From the NCBI GenBank assembly GCA_964604045.1, contig CAZRXM010000002.1, positions 1 through 49,934 on the forward strand: a DNA stretch of 49,934 nt. The letters run 5' to 3'. Below the pieces are notes generated by a model. It worked only from the letters and a program-made list of their open reading frames with translations, was not told the origin of the DNA and ran no database searches. Positions 37,835-46,803 of this stretch are shown piece after piece. The DNA comes from an uncultured Candidatus Bathyarchaeia archaeon (GTDB lineage: Archaea > Thermoproteota > Bathyarchaeia > Bathyarchaeales > Bathycorpusculaceae). Position 1 is the first letter of the stretch. Each line of letters begins with the position of its first letter. The translations under genes and the position numbers were made by a program.

Positions 37835-38493
37835 GCAATTTCCCTCCTAAGAAAGATTAGACCGTTTAGTGCTGCGGGTTTAAGCCTATACAGTTGTGTA
37901 ATGAACGCTGTTGTTATTGCAGCCTCAGCTAATCCAATCAATGTATGCCAAAAAAGCATGACTGGGACTGTCACGGCGACACCGCCCACCTGTAGAAAAA
38001 AAGGAGATACGCCTATTTCTAAACCGCAGGCCAATGCCCCCAAAACAACCGAGAACCATGAAGCTGCAAAAACTCCCATGGCAAAACGTTTGCCTTCAAT
38101 GGATTTTCCTGCAATAAGCTTTACCATGAAGAAGCTTAGTCCGCCTATAATGGCCATGTTGAAGATGTTGGCACCCAAAGCAAGCAGTCCTCCATCTGCG
38201 AAGAATAATGCTTGCACCAACAAAACGATGGTCATACCTAAAACCGCTGCATAGGGACCTAAAACCACAGCCAGAAAGGTTCCGCCCACCAAGTGCCCGC
38301 TGGTTCCATAGGTTATCGGGAAATTAATCATTTGTGCAACAAAAACAAAGGCGCTTGAAACGGCTAACAGCGAGGCAAAACCCTTCGGATACTCCCTCTT
38401 GGCTTTCCTCCAGCACCAAACGAGGAAGGCAGCCGAGACTACGTTCATCAGAACCGCCACTTCAAGGCTTAGGTAGCCATCTGGTATGTGCAT
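37831..38493 (-). CDS. cbiM: Cobalt/nickel ECF-type transporter substrate-capture component CbiM/NikM
   Basis: 220 aa starting MHIPDGYLS, multi-TM; GAGGTG 5 nt upstream of ATG. Confidence 0.88.
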   Translation of the reverse strand: MHIPDGYLSLEVAVLMNVVSAAFLVWCWRKAKREYPKGFASLLAVSSAFVFVAQMINFPITYGTSGHLVGGTFLAVVLGPYAAVLGMTIVLLVQALFFADGGLLALGANIFNMAIIGGLSFFMVKLIAGKSIEGKRFAMGVFAASWFSVVLGALACGLEIGVSPFFLQVGGVAVTVPVMLFWHTLIGLAEAAITTAFITQLYRLKPAALNGLIFLRREIA

Positions 38494-38504
38494 ACAAACA
38501 CCTC

Positions 38505-38534
38505 AGTAATACTTTTTTGGTGAAAAGTATTACT
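38505..38534 (-). promoter_or_regulatory. Perfect 12-bp inverted repeat (AGTAATACTTTT-N6-AAAAGTATTACT) abutting the cbiM Shine-Dalgarno sequence
   Basis: Read directly; on the minus-strand RNA it is AGUAAUACUUUU-CACCAA-AAAAGUAUUACU followed by GAGGUG-UUUGU-AUG. Confidence 0.6.
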
Positions 38535-38589
38535 TAAACCTTATCCCAAAAATCGCCATATACCTGCACTGTTTTTAAAAGTTTTGAAG

Positions 38590-38674
38590 TGCGGGGGGTG
38601 GGATTTGAACCCACGAACCCCTACGGGACAGCCGCCTCAGGGCTGCGCCTTTGACCAGGCTTGGCAACCCCCGC
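38590..38674 (-). tRNA. tRNA-Leu (anticodon GAG), long variable arm, CCA not encoded
   Basis: Hand-folded: acceptor GCGGGGG/CCCCCGC, D arm GCC-AAGCCTGGTCAAA-GGC, anticodon stem CAGCC/GGCTG with loop CTGAGGC, 14-nt variable arm, T arm GTGGG-TTCAAAT-CCCAC, discriminator A; 85 nt. Confidence 0.93.
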
Positions 38675-38752
38675 ACATGTACTGTTTAATTTTGAGTTTC
38701 GGGTTGAATTAAGTTTTCCCTTGGGCTTTCAGTGATTTAAAAATAAGGGGGG

Positions 38753-39274
38753 TTAGACGAGTTCTCTGAAATCCTCTTTTATTGTTGTTAACACTACATG
38801 CGTGTTTGTTCGTTCAACGTAGGGCATTGCCAGAAGCCTTTTCGCAAACTTGCTTAGTTCTTCTCTGTTTTTGAATTTGGCGACTATTATGGCGTCTATC
38901 AGTCCAGTTACGTCGTAAACACAGCATACATTTGAGATTTTCGCAACCTCATTTTCCACTTCGAGAAGCCGTCCCTTAGAGACAGTTAATTCCACAACAA
39001 CCGTTAGCTCGTATCCTAATTTTTCATGGTCAACTATGGCAGTGTACCCCTTTATCACACCGTTTTCTTCAAGCCTCCTAATTCTAGAAAGCACTGTGCT
39101 TGTTGCGATTCCGCATTGTTTTGCAAGCTGTCTGGAGGAGGCTCTAGCGTCAGCCGTTAAGGCCCTCAATATCTTCAAATCAACATTGTCTAAACTAACA
39201 GCCTTTTTCGCTAAGGCTGCTTTTGCCCTTTCATTAAGAACATCTTGAACATCTGTATGGTCCATATTTCGCAC
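38753..39274 (-). CDS. Lrp/AsnC family transcriptional regulator (full length, ~28-aa N-terminal extension)
   Basis: 173 aa; LD..DLKILRAL..DAR.S..QLAK..G...STV..RI.RLEE.GVIKGYTA HTH plus RAM domain; divergent from glnA. Confidence 0.88.
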   Translation of the reverse strand: MRNMDHTDVQDVLNERAKAALAKKAVSLDNVDLKILRALTADARASSRQLAKQCGIATSTVLSRIRRLEENGVIKGYTAIVDHEKLGYELTVVVELTVSKGRLLEVENEVAKISNVCCVYDVTGLIDAIIVAKFKNREELSKFAKRLLAMPYVERTNTHVVLTTIKEDFRELV

Positions 39275-39461
39275 CTAGTTACGCTTTTGCACATTTGATC
39301 GGTCATTGTTTTAAATATTTAACATTTGTTGCTGTTTTCTTTGAAAAACTTTTTATATTTACAGTTTAAACCATTTCTGCCGTATAAATACATTGGAAGG
39401 AGCATGTGTGCCGGGTTTGCGACGCGGCGTAAACAAAAATGTTGAGTTATGCTTTAAGCTC

Positions 39462-40799
39462 ATGAAAAACGCTGAACATATTCTACTCCATTTTACAGAC
39501 TTGCTTGGCTATCTTAGGGGTAGAACCGTGCCCGTTGAAGAGGTGGAAAATGCCATAGCTGAAGGCGTGGGCTTCGACGGTTCATCCCTAGTAGGCGGCG
39601 TTGGCATAGAGGAAAGCGACATGATTATGAAGCCTGACATAACAACTTTCACGGTTTGCCCCTACTACTTTTACAACAAAAGCGTTGTAAGCTTCATCTG
39701 CAACATCTACACGCCTGAGGGGGAACGTTTCGAGGGAGACCCCCGCTACATTTGCCAGAAAAGCCTAGATAAAATGCGGACGGAAGGTTACGAACCAACG
39801 GCTGCCGCTGAACTGGAATTTTACCTAGTGCAAAAAGCACCAGACGGAGGCTTCGAGCCTGTTGAAAACCACTTGTTAGATAAGCATAGGTACTTTGACA
39901 TAGCTCCGGGACGCGATTTAACCGAAAGTTTCAGACTGGATTTGGCCAACGCCCTTTTCACTATGGGAATAGAAGTTGAAAGGGAACACCACGAAGTTGG
40001 AGCTGCCCAAAACGAGATCACTTTTAAATACTCGGATCCAGTAGCAACTTCGGACAACATCGTGCGGTACAAGTTCGCAGCTAAAGCTGTTGCGGATAGA
40101 AAGTACGGTTGGATAGCCACTTTCATGCCTAAACCGTGGTCTGGAAAGCCTGGAAGTGGTATGCACATTCACCTTGGACTTTTCGACTTAAAAACTGGCA
40201 GAAATTTATTTTATGACAAGGGTGGATACGCCCACCTTTCGCAGTTGTGCCGCTACTTCATTGGAGGAATCCTTGAACACGTCAGAGCTTTATGCGCCAT
40301 TGTAGCTCCCACGGTCAACAGCTACAAAAGGCTGGTGCCGGGCTACGAGGCGCCCGTCTACATCACATGGAGCAGGAAGAACCGCTCAGCCCTGATAAGG
40401 GTGCCCGAATACTTTCCCGGAAAAGAAAACGAAGCAAGAATAGAATTTCGATGCCCGGACCCCTTGTGCAACCCGTATCTAGCTTACGCCGCAGTTTTCG
40501 AGGCAGGTTTAGACGGAATCAAAAGGAAAATTGAGCCTGGTGACCCGGTAGATGTCAACGTATATCATTTAAGCGAAACCGAGCGAAGGGCTTTGGGAAT
40601 AAGGGTTTTGCCGAGCTCTCTTAAAGAAGCATTGGAGGAATGGGAAAGCGACGACATATGCAAAAAGGCCTTAGGCAAAGAGAACGCGGAAAAATATTGG
40701 ATGCTGAAAATGCAAGAATGGAAGGAATATGAGGCTCATATGCCCAAAGACAAAAATGAGGTCACATGGTGGGAGCAACAAAAATATATCTATGCCTAA
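39462..40799 (+). CDS. glnA: Glutamine synthetase, type I
   Basis: FTDLLG, FDGSS, EFYL, REHHEVG..Q.EI, KPW.GK.GSGMH.H, NSYKRL.PGYEAP, NRSALIR.P, E.R.PD...NPYLA motifs; ATG 39462 preferred, the track start 39393 remains possible. Confidence 0.92.
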   Translation: MKNAEHILLHFTDLLGYLRGRTVPVEEVENAIAEGVGFDGSSLVGGVGIEESDMIMKPDITTFTVCPYYFYNKSVVSFICNIYTPEGERFEGDPRYICQKSLDKMRTEGYEPTAAAELEFYLVQKAPDGGFEPVENHLLDKHRYFDIAPGRDLTESFRLDLANALFTMGIEVEREHHEVGAAQNEITFKYSDPVATSDNIVRYKFAAKAVADRKYGWIATFMPKPWSGKPGSGMHIHLGLFDLKTGRNLFYDKGGYAHLSQLCRYFIGGILEHVRALCAIVAPTVNSYKRLVPGYEAPVYITWSRKNRSALIRVPEYFPGKENEARIEFRCPDPLCNPYLAYAAVFEAGLDGIKRKIEPGDPVDVNVYHLSETERRALGIRVLPSSLKEALEEWESDDICKKALGKENAEKYWMLKMQEWKEYEAHMPKDKNEVTWWEQQKYIYA

Positions 40800-40814
40800 G
40801 TTCAGACACTAAAC

Positions 40815-41548
40815 CTAAACCTTTGGCTTAGCCATCAAATCTTCAATTTTAGCATCCTTTAGCATGTCAACATGTCTAGCCAGCTCGTTAACAACAACCT
40901 CAAAGACTTCCCTACCTTTCTCCGCTGAGGCTGTTGTGAATTTGCCGAAAACCCCTGAGGCCGTGTGGTCAGCCGTGTCCAAGGGCAAAGTTATGCCTGC
41001 AACTTCGGCAAAATGGCTGCGGGTCTCCTCATCAACAGCCTTATCCATACGTACAAGATGGGGATGGAGAGCTAAATTCACAGAGGTTTCCTCAGCGCCC
41101 GCGTGTCCCCTTTCTACGGGCTTAAAGATTTGTGGAAGAAGTTTGCTGGCTGCCGTCCACCATTGGAAGATGGATATAAAAACTCCTTTTTCCCGCAGTT
41201 CTCTAGCTAAATCCGCTAGGGCTGCAAGGTTTCCACCACGCCCATTAACTATTACGATTTTCCTTATGCCATAATAGTTTAGTGCTAGGCAAATCTCTTT
41301 CAAGTAGTTTTGAAGATTTCCGGTGAAACGTGCACTGTGCCCCAGAACTGTCTGGTGGTAGCTTACGCCGAATGGTATAACTTGCAGGCAAATAACACCA
41401 GTGCGTTTGGCGGTTTCCTCGGCTACGGCTTTAGCGATAAGGTGGTCTGTTCCCAGAAAGTTGTGGGGACCATGCCGCTCATTGGAGCCCACTGTATTAT
41501 GGCTGTATCATTTTTACTGAAATACTCTTTCGCTTCAACTCAACTCAT
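40815..41548 (-). pseudogene. Creatininase-family amidohydrolase with disrupted 5' end (nonsense + frameshift)
   Basis: The open frame from GTG 41492 starts mid-motif (VGSNERHGPH..LGTD). Upstream, ATG 41548 gives MS-TGA-VEAKEYFSKNDTAIIQ in another frame. That is a TGA where this family usually has Trp, plus a 1-nt shift near 41495. The rest of the gene is intact. Confidence 0.7.
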
Positions 41549-41644
41549 TTCATGGAGCAGAACTTTCATGTTTCTACCCCCACAAAACCGTTTTATTGGG
41601 AAATGCCGAATATAAATGGACTTGCCCTCTAAGGTGTATCGCTC

Positions 41645-43021
41645 ATGCTAAGTTCGAGAAGATTGTTTGGAACAAACGGGATTCGAGGAACAGCAAACAA
41701 TGAGTTAACTCCAGAGTTTGCGGCGAAAATTGGAGGAGCTATAGGCACCTTTTTCAAGTCTGGAAGTTTAATAGTGGGACATGACGCCCGAACAAGCAGC
41801 CCAATGCTTACAAGGGCTGTGATATCTGGGTTGAACGCCGCAGGCTGCGAAGTTCTGTTTGCGGGTATGGCGCCAACTCCGGCGCTGCAATATGCTGTGA
41901 AAAGCCATAAGGTTGATGGTGGGATTATTGTTACGGCTTCCCATAATCCACCAGAGTACAATGGGATAAAAGTCGTATGGAGTGACGGCATAGAGATTTC
42001 AAGGGAGCAGGAAATCGAAATTGAGAGTATATTTTTTGACAGTAAAACCAAGTATGTTCAATGGGATAGAATAGGGGAGACTAAACCACTTCAAGGAGTT
42101 ATTGACGAGTACGTGGAGGCTGTCAAGAGACACGTGGAAGTTGGAAGGATAGCGGAGAAACGCTACCACGTTGTTGTCGACGCGGCGAACAGCGTGGCAG
42201 CCCTAGCGGTTCCAAAGCTTTTAAAAGATTTAGGCTGCAGGGTTACAACAATAAATGCTAACATTGATGGCACATTTCCAGCGCGGTCGCCGGAACCCCG
42301 TCCAGAAAACCTTTCGGAGTTGGCTTTAACCGTTAAGGCTGTAAACGCGGATCTAGGAGTTGCCTTTGATGGAGACGCGGACCGCGCCATTTTCGTCGAC
42401 GAAGCTGGAGAAATCCACTGGGGTGACAAAACCTTCGCTCTCGTCGAAAAACACTTTTTGCTCAAGAATCCGGGTGAAAAAATCGTTTCGCCAATAAGCT
42501 CTTCTATGCTGGTTAAGGACGTTGCGGACGCTTATGGCGGTGAAGTGGTCTGGACAAAGGTTGGAAGTGTAATAGTTTCTCACACTATGAAAAAGCTAAA
42601 AGCAAAACTCGGGGGAGAAGAGAACGGTGGAATCTTCTATGGTCCTCACCAAGCGGTCAGAGATGGAGCCATGGCGACTGCTTTGATGTTAAACATAATG
42701 GCAGACACAGGCAAACCCCTCTCTAGACTTTTGGACGAACTTCCAAAATACTACATCGAGAAAGGCAAAGTGAAATGCCCCAACGAGATTAAAGAAAAAG
42801 TTCTGGAGAAACTTATCGAGCAAGCGAGAGGACTAAACATAAGCACAATCGACGGGGTTAAGGTATGGTTCGAGGACAAAAGCTCCATTCTAATGAGACC
42901 CAGCGGAACTGAACCATTATACAGGCTTTACGCGGAAGCCAAAACAAGAGAGAGAGCTGAAGAACTTATCCGCGAGTTCGGTTTAAAGCTTAAGAGGATC
43001 ATTGACAGTGTGAAGGGCTGA
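41645..43021 (+). CDS. glmM: Phosphoglucosamine mutase / phosphohexomutase
   Basis: 458 aa; LFGTNGIRG, TASHNPPEYNGIK (phosphoserine loop), FDGDADR (Mg site), GGEENGG, RPSGTEP motifs. Confidence 0.88.
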   Translation: MLSSRRLFGTNGIRGTANNELTPEFAAKIGGAIGTFFKSGSLIVGHDARTSSPMLTRAVISGLNAAGCEVLFAGMAPTPALQYAVKSHKVDGGIIVTASHNPPEYNGIKVVWSDGIEISREQEIEIESIFFDSKTKYVQWDRIGETKPLQGVIDEYVEAVKRHVEVGRIAEKRYHVVVDAANSVAALAVPKLLKDLGCRVTTINANIDGTFPARSPEPRPENLSELALTVKAVNADLGVAFDGDADRAIFVDEAGEIHWGDKTFALVEKHFLLKNPGEKIVSPISSSMLVKDVADAYGGEVVWTKVGSVIVSHTMKKLKAKLGGEENGGIFYGPHQAVRDGAMATALMLNIMADTGKPLSRLLDELPKYYIEKGKVKCPNEIKEKVLEKLIEQARGLNISTIDGVKVWFEDKSSILMRPSGTEPLYRLYAEAKTRERAEELIREFGLKLKRIIDSVKG

Positions 43022-43047
43022 AGGATAGTTTAGGGTTGGGAAAGTAA

Positions 43048-44403
43048 ATGCTAAAAACAATAAACCCGTCGAAAGAACTGCAAACAGACGAAAAAGCTAC
43101 GGTTAGCGTTGTTGGATGCGAGCGCATGGGCATGCTTCACACATGTCTACTAGCTAATGTAGGATTTAAAGTCCTGTGCGTCGACAATGACAGAGCCCTC
43201 ATCGAACGATTTTCCAAGGGGAAAGCCCCCTTCCTGAATCAAGAGGTAGAGCCAATCCTCCATAAAGGCTTAGAAAACAAAAGAATACGGTTTTCACACA
43301 ACATTGAAGATGCTGCAGAGAACGAAATCATACTAGTCACAACACCAGTTGTAGTTGGTGAAAGAGGCACCATCGACTATTCAAGTATTGAGAAAACGTT
43401 TAAGAAAATTGGTTCACACATCCGCAAAAACACGTTAGTTGTGAACGTGAGCGTTGTTGGAATAGGAGTAAATGAAAGCATCCTCAAGAAGACTGTTGAA
43501 GATGCATCTGGATTAAGGGTTGGCGCAGACATCTTTTTCGCCTACTGCCCAGTTCCCTTCCCAGAAAAACAGACTTTGAGAAGCTTAATGAATTACAGGA
43601 GAATTGTGGCTGCGCAGGATAGGATAAGCCTAGAGAAGGCCTCGAATGTTGTGGGGGCTATGACAAAAGCGGGTTTGGTTAAGTCTTTAGATTTTAAGGT
43701 GGCGGAAGCTGCAGTTCTGTTTGAAACGGTTTACAGAAATGTTAGGTCAGCTTTGGCTAACGAGTTTGCGGCTTTTTGCGAAAAAATCGGGGCTGACTAT
43801 TTGGTTGTCCATAGTTTAATAGCCGCGAACGCGGACTGTTCTTACAAAAATATTTGGTGTTTCGGCGGTGAAGACGCTCTTCTTATGCTGTTTGAAGAGG
43901 CGGATAACCAAAATGTTAAACTTAAAGTTTCACAAACAGTCTTGGAGTTAAAAAAGGAACTGGCGAAGCGAAAAGTCAGCCTAGTACAAGACGCTTTAAA
44001 AAGCTGTGGAAAAACCATGCGCAGGGCAAAAGTAACAGTGCTAGGTGTATCCCAAACCCAAAACGTGACAGACCTTCCGGAAAGCTCGTTTAAGGATTTT
44101 GTCCAGATGCTTGAGAGAAAGGGTGCTAGACCAAGCGTCTATGACCCATACTTGCCACAGAAAGCTTCCGGTTTAGACCTACCGTATGTCGAAGAGGATC
44201 TTTCAGAAGCCTTGGACAGGGCGGACTGCATAATTTTTTACACTGGACACGAGCAGTTTAAACGGCTAAACCTGAAAAAGGTTAAGCTTTTGGCAAACAT
44301 GCCAGCGGCTATTGTTGACTTTGAAGGGACCTTGGAGCCCATGAAGGTTGAAGCGGAAGGCTTCACGTATCGGGGTTTAGGAAGAGGTGTTTGGAGGAAA
44401 TGA
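43048..44403 (+). CDS. UDP-glucose/GDP-mannose dehydrogenase-family homolog with degenerate catalytic motifs
   Basis: 451 aa with three-domain layout (Rossmann, central AE....E..YRN....A..NE...CE..G.D helix, C-terminal UDP-binding-like). It has VGCERMG instead of GxGxxG. AEAAVLFET stands where AExxKxxxN is expected, and FGGED where GGxCxxKD is expected. Confidence 0.65.
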   Translation: MLKTINPSKELQTDEKATVSVVGCERMGMLHTCLLANVGFKVLCVDNDRALIERFSKGKAPFLNQEVEPILHKGLENKRIRFSHNIEDAAENEIILVTTPVVVGERGTIDYSSIEKTFKKIGSHIRKNTLVVNVSVVGIGVNESILKKTVEDASGLRVGADIFFAYCPVPFPEKQTLRSLMNYRRIVAAQDRISLEKASNVVGAMTKAGLVKSLDFKVAEAAVLFETVYRNVRSALANEFAAFCEKIGADYLVVHSLIAANADCSYKNIWCFGGEDALLMLFEEADNQNVKLKVSQTVLELKKELAKRKVSLVQDALKSCGKTMRRAKVTVLGVSQTQNVTDLPESSFKDFVQMLERKGARPSVYDPYLPQKASGLDLPYVEEDLSEALDRADCIIFYTGHEQFKRLNLKKVKLLANMPAAIVDFEGTLEPMKVEAEGFTYRGLGRGVWRK

Positions 44404-45350
44404 ACAACAAAATTGGAGTAGCAGTTATAGGGGCTGGTTTTTGGGGTAAAAACCACGCTAGAGTTTTCAGTGAACTGGAGGAAACAGAGCTTTTAGCCGT
44501 CTGCGACATCAACACTGAAAGGGCGAGAAGCGTCGCCAAACAGTTCGGCGTCGAAGCCTACATAAACGCTGGGAGAATGCTGAAAAGGAAAGACATCGAA
44601 GCGGTAAGCGTCTGCACATGGTCCACAAGCCTTGCAAAAGAGGCCATGAAGGCTTTAAAGGCTGGAAAACACGTCTTGGTTGAAAAGCCCATGGCCGCAA
44701 AACCAGAACAGGCAGAATCCCTAATAAAAACGGCGGAAAAGGAAGGCTTACATCTCACAGTAGGCTTCCTAATGCGTTTCATACCTGGCGTACAGTACAT
44801 TAAAAAAGCTGTTGAAAACAAAAAGATAGGGGAACTTGTATGCGCCACGGCGAAAAGGGTTTCCCAGTGGCCTGAAAGAATTGGGGACATAGGTGTGGTA
44901 AAGGACTTAGCGATACACGATATAGACATAGCCCGTTATCTGTTCGGCGGCGACCCTGTCGCCGTTTACGCAAAAACCGGAAACATGCGGCATAAGCTCT
45001 TTGAGGATTACGCCCACATAATGCTGACCTTTGAAAGTGGAAAAAACGCTTTCATAGAATCCAACTGGCTAACACCGTACAAAACGCGGATATTAACAGT
45101 TACGGGAAGCGAGGCAATAATGAAACTGGACTACATAACCCAAGAGCTGACGATAGAAACAGCCGAGGAAACAGTTCAGCCTAGGATTCCATGGCAGGAG
45201 CCGTTAAAACTTGAACTCCAACATTTCGCAAACTGCATTTTGGGTAAGGAGAAGCCTTTAATAACAGGTGAAGATGGGCTTAGGGCTTTAAAAATCGCCG
45301 AGGCTGCTTTAAAGTCTTCAAGAAAGGGTGTGCTTGTTAGGCTGAAGTAA
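44391..45350 (+). CDS. Gfo/Idh/MocA family NAD-dependent sugar oxidoreductase
   Basis: 319 aa; overlaps upstream gene by 13 nt; [18 protein letters not shown] Rossmann start and EKP motif (VLVEKPMA). Confidence 0.85.
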   Translation: MEEMNNKIGVAVIGAGFWGKNHARVFSELEETELLAVCDINTERARSVAKQFGVEAYINAGRMLKRKDIEAVSVCTWSTSLAKEAMKALKAGKHVLVEKPMAAKPEQAESLIKTAEKEGLHLTVGFLMRFIPGVQYIKKAVENKKIGELVCATAKRVSQWPERIGDIGVVKDLAIHDIDIARYLFGGDPVAVYAKTGNMRHKLFEDYAHIMLTFESGKNAFIESNWLTPYKTRILTVTGSEAIMKLDYITQELTIETAEETVQPRIPWQEPLKLELQHFANCILGKEKPLITGEDGLRALKIAEAALKSSRKGVLVRLK

Positions 45351-45626
45351 GATTTTTTTCAAGTTGAATGGTCTACCATCGAAAAGGATCTTTTCTGGAA
45401 TCTTGTCCTTCCACTTCTTCAGGAACGGCAGGTCTTCGCTTTCCTTTCTAAGCTCGTCTGGAAGCATTTCTGGAATTTCATCCCTTATAGGATACCACCT
45501 TAAACATTTGGGACACACGATTAAGCCCTCAACTATCTCTTCCTTCTCATCGAAAACGTAAAGCTCAAGGGGGTGATGCTTGTCAATTGGGCATGCGAGT
45601 ATATCCATAAGCTTTCGCTTCAACAA
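45318..45626 (-). CDS. trm112: Trm112-like zinc-ribbon methyltransferase activator
   Basis: 102 aa; L..ILACP.....PL ... L.C..C...YPI.D.IP.ML pattern; long C-terminal tail overlapping the convergent gene by 33 nt. Confidence 0.75.
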   Translation of the reverse strand: MLKRKLMDILACPIDKHHPLELYVFDEKEEIVEGLIVCPKCLRWYPIRDEIPEMLPDELRKESEDLPFLKKWKDKIPEKILFDGRPFNLKKILLQPNKHTLS

Positions 45627-45659
45627 GGGTCCCTTAGTCCCGTTTAGCCTTTTTAACCT

Positions 45660-46526
45660 TTAAATTTTGCTAACCTTCAAACCCTTGCACATTATGTCCA
45701 AAACAACTTGGTACCAATTTGGACCCGTTGACCTGACTATTCTGCTAAAGGGTATGTCAAAGTTTACTCCAAGTTCCTCCAGTCTAGCGGCTACTTTCGC
45801 CTTAACTTTTTCAATGGGATTTTCGCCTTTCGCTGCATGTTCAAAGTCATAGTAGTGGATCCATCCGCAGCCGTTTTTAAGTGCTGAAAAAGCGTATGGA
45901 AGGTATTCGAGGGCTTTTTCGGGAAGCGGCATTAAAACTCGATCCGCTACTCCTTGAAGCCTTTCGAGTATTATATTTTTTGCGTCTCCTTCTAGGGGGA
46001 CTACTTTTCCTTGAACTCTGTTGAGTTTGACGTTTTCCCACATAAACTGGACGGCTGTGGGGTTTATGTCTATGGAGTATACTTTTTCTGCCTTTGAGTG
46101 CTTGGCGATGATTATGGAGAAGCATCCAACTCCGGCGAACATGTTTACAACGACTTCGCCGTTTCTAACCAACTTCGCGACACGCATTCTCTCAAAGGAA
46201 AGCCTAGGCGAGAAATAACAAGTTTTTAGGTCAACTGCAAACACGCAGCCAGATTCTCGATGAACAGTCTTTGTCTTGTTTTCCCCAGCAATATGCGTAA
46301 GCTCTCGCAGTCTGTAATCTCCGTGCACGGGGCTTGTTTGAGCCAAAACAGACTTGACGTTTTTATGAACCTTCATTACTGTTTCGGCGACAAGTGCAGC
46401 ATACTTTCTTGAACCCTCGGTTAAGCGTATAACCGCAACATCCCCCACAATGTCGTAGGAACAGCAGATGGAATCCAGCTCTTCACGCGGCAGAATTTCC
46501 GAAAGTAAACGTTTCAGATGTTTCAT
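45660..46526 (-). CDS. Met-10+ family tRNA methyltransferase/aminocarboxypropyltransferase (Trm5 / Taw2 class)
   Basis: 288 aa from ATG 46526; YDIVGDVA, F.VD.....FSPRL..ER.R, VVNMFAGVGCFSI, DINP.AV motifs; Trm5 versus Taw2 cannot be separated by eye. Confidence 0.8.
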   Translation of the reverse strand: MKHLKRLLSEILPREELDSICCSYDIVGDVAVIRLTEGSRKYAALVAETVMKVHKNVKSVLAQTSPVHGDYRLRELTHIAGENKTKTVHRESGCVFAVDLKTCYFSPRLSFERMRVAKLVRNGEVVVNMFAGVGCFSIIIAKHSKAEKVYSIDINPTAVQFMWENVKLNRVQGKVVPLEGDAKNIILERLQGVADRVLMPLPEKALEYLPYAFSALKNGCGWIHYYDFEHAAKGENPIEKVKAKVAARLEELGVNFDIPFSRIVRSTGPNWYQVVLDIMCKGLKVSKI

Positions 46527-46596
46527 AGACGCTATCCCCGTTGTTGATAGGAAACATTTAAAAACACACAAGCTTTTCTGTAAAGGGGGAACAGCC

Positions 46597-46764
46597 ATGG
46601 GAGAAATTGCTCCCGGACTAGTCTACGAGTGTTTAAGGTGTGGGGCTAAAGTTCCAACAGAGGAACTTGAACTTCGAGGCGGAGAAATAAAATGCACAGT
46701 CTGTGGCTACAGAGTTTTAAAGAAGATAAGGCCTCCAGTAGTTAAACGTGTTAAGGCCGTATAA
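46597..46764 (+). CDS. rpoP: DNA-directed RNA polymerase subunit P (Rpo12)
   Basis: 55 aa from ATG 46597 (AAAGGGGGAA upstream); Y.C.RCG......EL......I.C..CGYR.L.K.R zinc ribbon. Confidence 0.85.
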   Translation: MGEIAPGLVYECLRCGAKVPTEELELRGGEIKCTVCGYRVLKKIRPPVVKRVKAV

Positions 46765-46803
46765 AAAAGAGGCTGAAGTATTTTCGAAACCTTGAGTTTT
46801 CGG

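Noticed and set aside
41540-41542. TGA read as Trp (alternative genetic code) in the creatininase-family gene.
   Set aside because: TGA is clearly used as a stop elsewhere in the window, for example in the oxidoreductase delta subunit, the COG2403 gene and cbiM. The same gene also has a frameshift 45 nt downstream, so a nonsense mutation is the simpler explanation.
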